Positions 61,058-64,000 of a stretch of DNA of 64,000 nt are shown here, piece by piece. The position numbers and the translations under genes are program-made. The notes beneath the pieces were generated by a model. That model searched no databases, was not told the DNA's origin, and saw only the letters and a program-made list of their open reading frames with translations. Numbering within the stretch: position 1 is the first letter of the stretch; each line of letters opens with the position of its first letter. Origin of the DNA: Pachysolen tannophilus NRRL Y-2460 (lineage: Eukaryota); assembly GCA_001661245.1 (NCBI GenBank), contig KV454017.1, positions 186,001 to 250,000 on the forward strand, written 5' to 3'.

Positions 61058-62549
61058 CTATAATTTGGTTTTGTTTTCGGTAAATTTTCCCATCTTTTCT
61101 GCAATATATTTTGCCTCTCTTTTACCACTTTCATATGCACCATGAGCACAGCCGTTCCCTTCAAAGACAGTATGTTCGCCAGCAAATCTAACATTTGGCA
61201 AACCTTTTATCAAACATTCAACTCCATTTTTGTAATCACCGCCAACTTTTGCACCAGTATAAGAACCTCTTGCAAATGGATCAACAGTCCACTTTGTAGT
61301 GATTATTTTTTTGGTACTGGAACACTTGATTCATTTTCAAATTTGGCAACTTTAGTAATATATGGTCTAAAATATTCCCATATGTCATTCTCTGATTTTA
61401 GTGATTCAATATAATTTGTAACTGGAGATTGCATCAAACCTACTAATATAGGCTTGTTCCTCATTTTAGCAAAATTGATAAAGAGAACAGGATAATCCCA
61501 TGACTTTGGAGGTTCCTGAAAGATAAAATCTTCAGGCATTATAGGTACCCTTGCGGGCTTTTGATTTGAATTTATGGCATCAATCAGATTTTGGTCAGGT
61601 TTACCTAGACAAAAAAATCTATCTGAATTTTTAGGCCAAAATATTTCATCAAATTCGAAAACAACTTTTCCCAAAGCAGCAAATGACATTTTTGGAAGAG
61701 TATTTGTAATATAAGATGGCATTGGAGGACTCCATTCAAGAGCACCTTCTTGACCCAATGGTAGCCTTAAAACTGATTGAGGAACTGTAACAATCAAATA
61801 TTTACAACTATAAGTTGAATTATCTGTGGTTGTCACTGAAATTGTTTTCTTAAATCTTTGAATTTTATTCAGAACTTTATTTTTCAAAATTCTTTCAATT
61901 GGATATTCTTTTAATTCATTCTCGTATACACTATAGTAACCACTTGTTAAAAATGCATTTCTACCATTATGTTCAAGTCCACCAACTTCAAATCCAGAAC
62001 TTTGATCCCAAGAGGAACCAAACCACAACTCTATAAATCTAACAATCTGTGGAGCATACTTTATTTCTTCTGAAGTTAATAATTTTTTTTTTCAAAAAGA
62101 TAATCATTCACCAAATTATGAATTGAATCATCTTTTAAAATTTCATTTTTCTCATATTTTAACTTTATATAAGTTAAAATTTCCTCCATTATCGGTTGTA
62201 AATTCTCACTATCACTTCCAAGATAACCTTCTGAAGTTAAAATATCTCTTTTCCCATCATCAAAATAAAATGTAACGTTAGGGTTTTCCACATTTTTATC
62301 CAACAATTCATTTACTAAGCAATCATGAAACCAAGAAGCACCTAGATCAATTGGAACGTCATTCAAATTAACTGTATGCAATCTTCCTCCTAAACGATTT
62401 CTTGCCTCCAAAATTAAAGTACTTATACCTAATTTATTCAAATCAATTGCTGCCTTTAATCCTGATATACCAGCACCAATGATAATTACATCAACACTTT
62501 CTGCTGATGACTCCAATGCAGGATTGGTATTAAAGAATCTTCCAAACAT
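61058..62549 (-). CDS. FMS1: FAD-dependent polyamine oxidase (Fms1-like); two apparent -1 frameshifts (T10 62083-62092, T7 61306-61312), about 497 aa restored
   Basis: GAGISG dinucleotide fold, EARNRLGGR, DLGASWFH, IVTVPQSVL; restored C-terminus TKWTVDPFARGSY...RFAGEHT..EGNGCAHGAYESGKREA...KTKL*. Confidence 0.8.
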
Positions 62550-62913
62550 TTTTTTTTCTCCCAAAAACTTGTCAGTTAAAACCCAATTATTCCTATTTTT
62601 TTAACAATTCAAAAGTCAAACTAGAACATCAAGTACCAAACGATGTCCTATCCTATTCAATATATATATATATATGTATCGGCTAAGTTATCCCAATTAT
62701 TATCCGCCCAACTATATAGAAGAAAGATGTCATTGCATATTTTTGAAAGGTGTTTAGGCGGAATATACCGCCCTTATCTACCGGGTTGCAGTAAAGGGAA
62801 AACGGCTTGTAACTTCTACGAATACTTCATCATCATCAAATATATATATATGTTTATATAAAGGTGTTTTATATACAGGTAGAGATCTATATTGAAGGCA
62901 GAAAATTATTGTT

Positions 62914-63765
62914 TTATTCTTCGTTTAAACCTTTGACACATTTCCACAACATATCGTATTCTTTTTGGTTTGATCTACCACAAGTTAACCATCTAATTTT
63001 ACAATCTTTATCAATAACATAAATGAAACAAGTATAAACATTTTTCATCATTAATTCATCTTTAACTTCACTTGTTAGATCAGATCTATGTCCAATTAAA
63101 TAACTATGTTTTCTTTTTTCAGGAATAGTTGTTTTCAAATTTCTAACAGCTAAATTAACAAAAAGATGTTTAAGATTATTTTCTGAAAGATTCAATTCAA
63201 CAATTTGAGTATTTGGATATAATTCATTCAATTTTATTAATCCAGTAGAGCTTAAAAATGAATCATTTGAATTAGAAATTTGGAAAAATCCTCTATTTCT
63301 TATTTCACCTTCTAATGATGAAAAAACTCTTAAAATTGTGGTTTTACCTTTAAATAAATTTGTAGTATGAACCATTTCATTATTTAAATTCTTAGCAATA
63401 ACATTAGGAAAATATAATGATTTATCAGCTTTAAAATATGATACTGGAGGTAAAAAAATTTTCCCCTGTGTCTTTGTATAATTTTGCATATCATAAAACC
63501 CACCAACTGCAATTTCTCTTTCTAATTGAGCTTGTCTTTTCTCTCTTTTCTCAGCATCAAAAGTATCCTTAATAGATTGCCAAAGAGATTGTGTCTCTGG
63601 TTGTGAATTTTTCGAAGCTAATGGTTGTTGTTTTGAACCTACTGGCTTCACTATAGAAACAACTTTAAATGGAGGAGGTGTAGTATTTTTAATTGTCTTG
63701 GATAACTTACCCAAAATTTGTACTCTACTACTAGAATGAAAACTCCTAATAAATATCTTAACCAT
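62914..63765 (-). CDS. ATP10: Mitochondrial F1Fo ATPase assembly factor Atp10
   Basis: Presequence-like N-terminus, GKIFLPPVSYFKADKSLYFP, YVIDKDCKIRWLTCG. Confidence 0.9.
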   Translation of the reverse strand: MVKIFIRSFHSSSRVQILGKLSKTIKNTTPPPFKVVSIVKPVGSKQQPLASKNSQPETQSLWQSIKDTFDAEKREKRQAQLEREIAVGGFYDMQNYTKTQGKIFLPPVSYFKADKSLYFPNVIAKNLNNEMVHTTNLFKGKTTILRVFSSLEGEIRNRGFFQISNSNDSFLSSTGLIKLNELYPNTQIVELNLSENNLKHLFVNLAVRNLKTTIPEKRKHSYLIGHRSDLTSEVKDELMMKNVYTCFIYVIDKDCKIRWLTCGRSNQKEYDMLWKCVKGLNEE

Positions 63766-64000
63766 TTCTCTAATTCAAAACAATAATCTATTCAAAACTA
63801 TTCTTATCCATATATTTTATCAACAATATCAATATTAACTAAAGTTGTGAAATTTTTTTACTTTTCAACATCTTTCCAGTTCTCTGCAAAAACCATCCAG
63901 TTCTCAGCGGAACAACTTCCAATGAATTTACCTTTACTTTTACCACATTTTTGGGCGGAAGTCCAAGGGGGAAAAAAAAATTCCTCCGGCAAAATTGGGC

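Noticed and set aside
1..64000. CUG-Ser (Candida) code as an explanation for the odd CTG positions
   Set aside because: The diagnostic sites (TGTARY, DKAFP, KAR, NMA) are Ala rather than Ser in homologs

Overview
AT-rich budding-yeast (Saccharomycotina) chromosomal segment with about 27 protein-coding genes, one initiator tRNA-Met and two assembly gaps. Order: SNF12/RSC6 (partial), THR4, CTR86, PWP2, MPP6, YIH1, STL1-like glycerol/sugar symporter, tRNAi-Met, SSU1-like, SET2, LST4, a small intron-containing Zeo1-like gene missed by the ORF track, HRR25, PGC1, NPY1, CTM1, a small Par32/DUF3602-like gene, NMT1, PWP1, JJJ1, CHZ1, YPT31/32, SPT16, an APSES factor (EFG1/SOK2), MNN2-like, MNN4-like, a polyamine oxidase (FMS1-like) and ATP10. 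The strongest signal is a non-standard genetic code: CTG sits at conserved alanine positions (HRR25 TGT[A]RY, PWP1 DK[A]FP, JJJ1 K[A]R, PWP2 NM[A]). This points to the known CUG-Ala yeast clade (Pachysolen-like), so the supplied translations are wrong at CTG. Other points: the HRR25 start codon is split by an intron (AT|G; unspliced RNA reads AUG-UAA); four same-direction single-A frameshifts in poly-A runs (LST4, PWP1, FMS1 twice), most likely assembly errors; a U73 discriminator in tRNAi-Met; deep microsynteny with S. cerevisiae. Gene identities and homolog motifs are recognised from memory, not from database searches.
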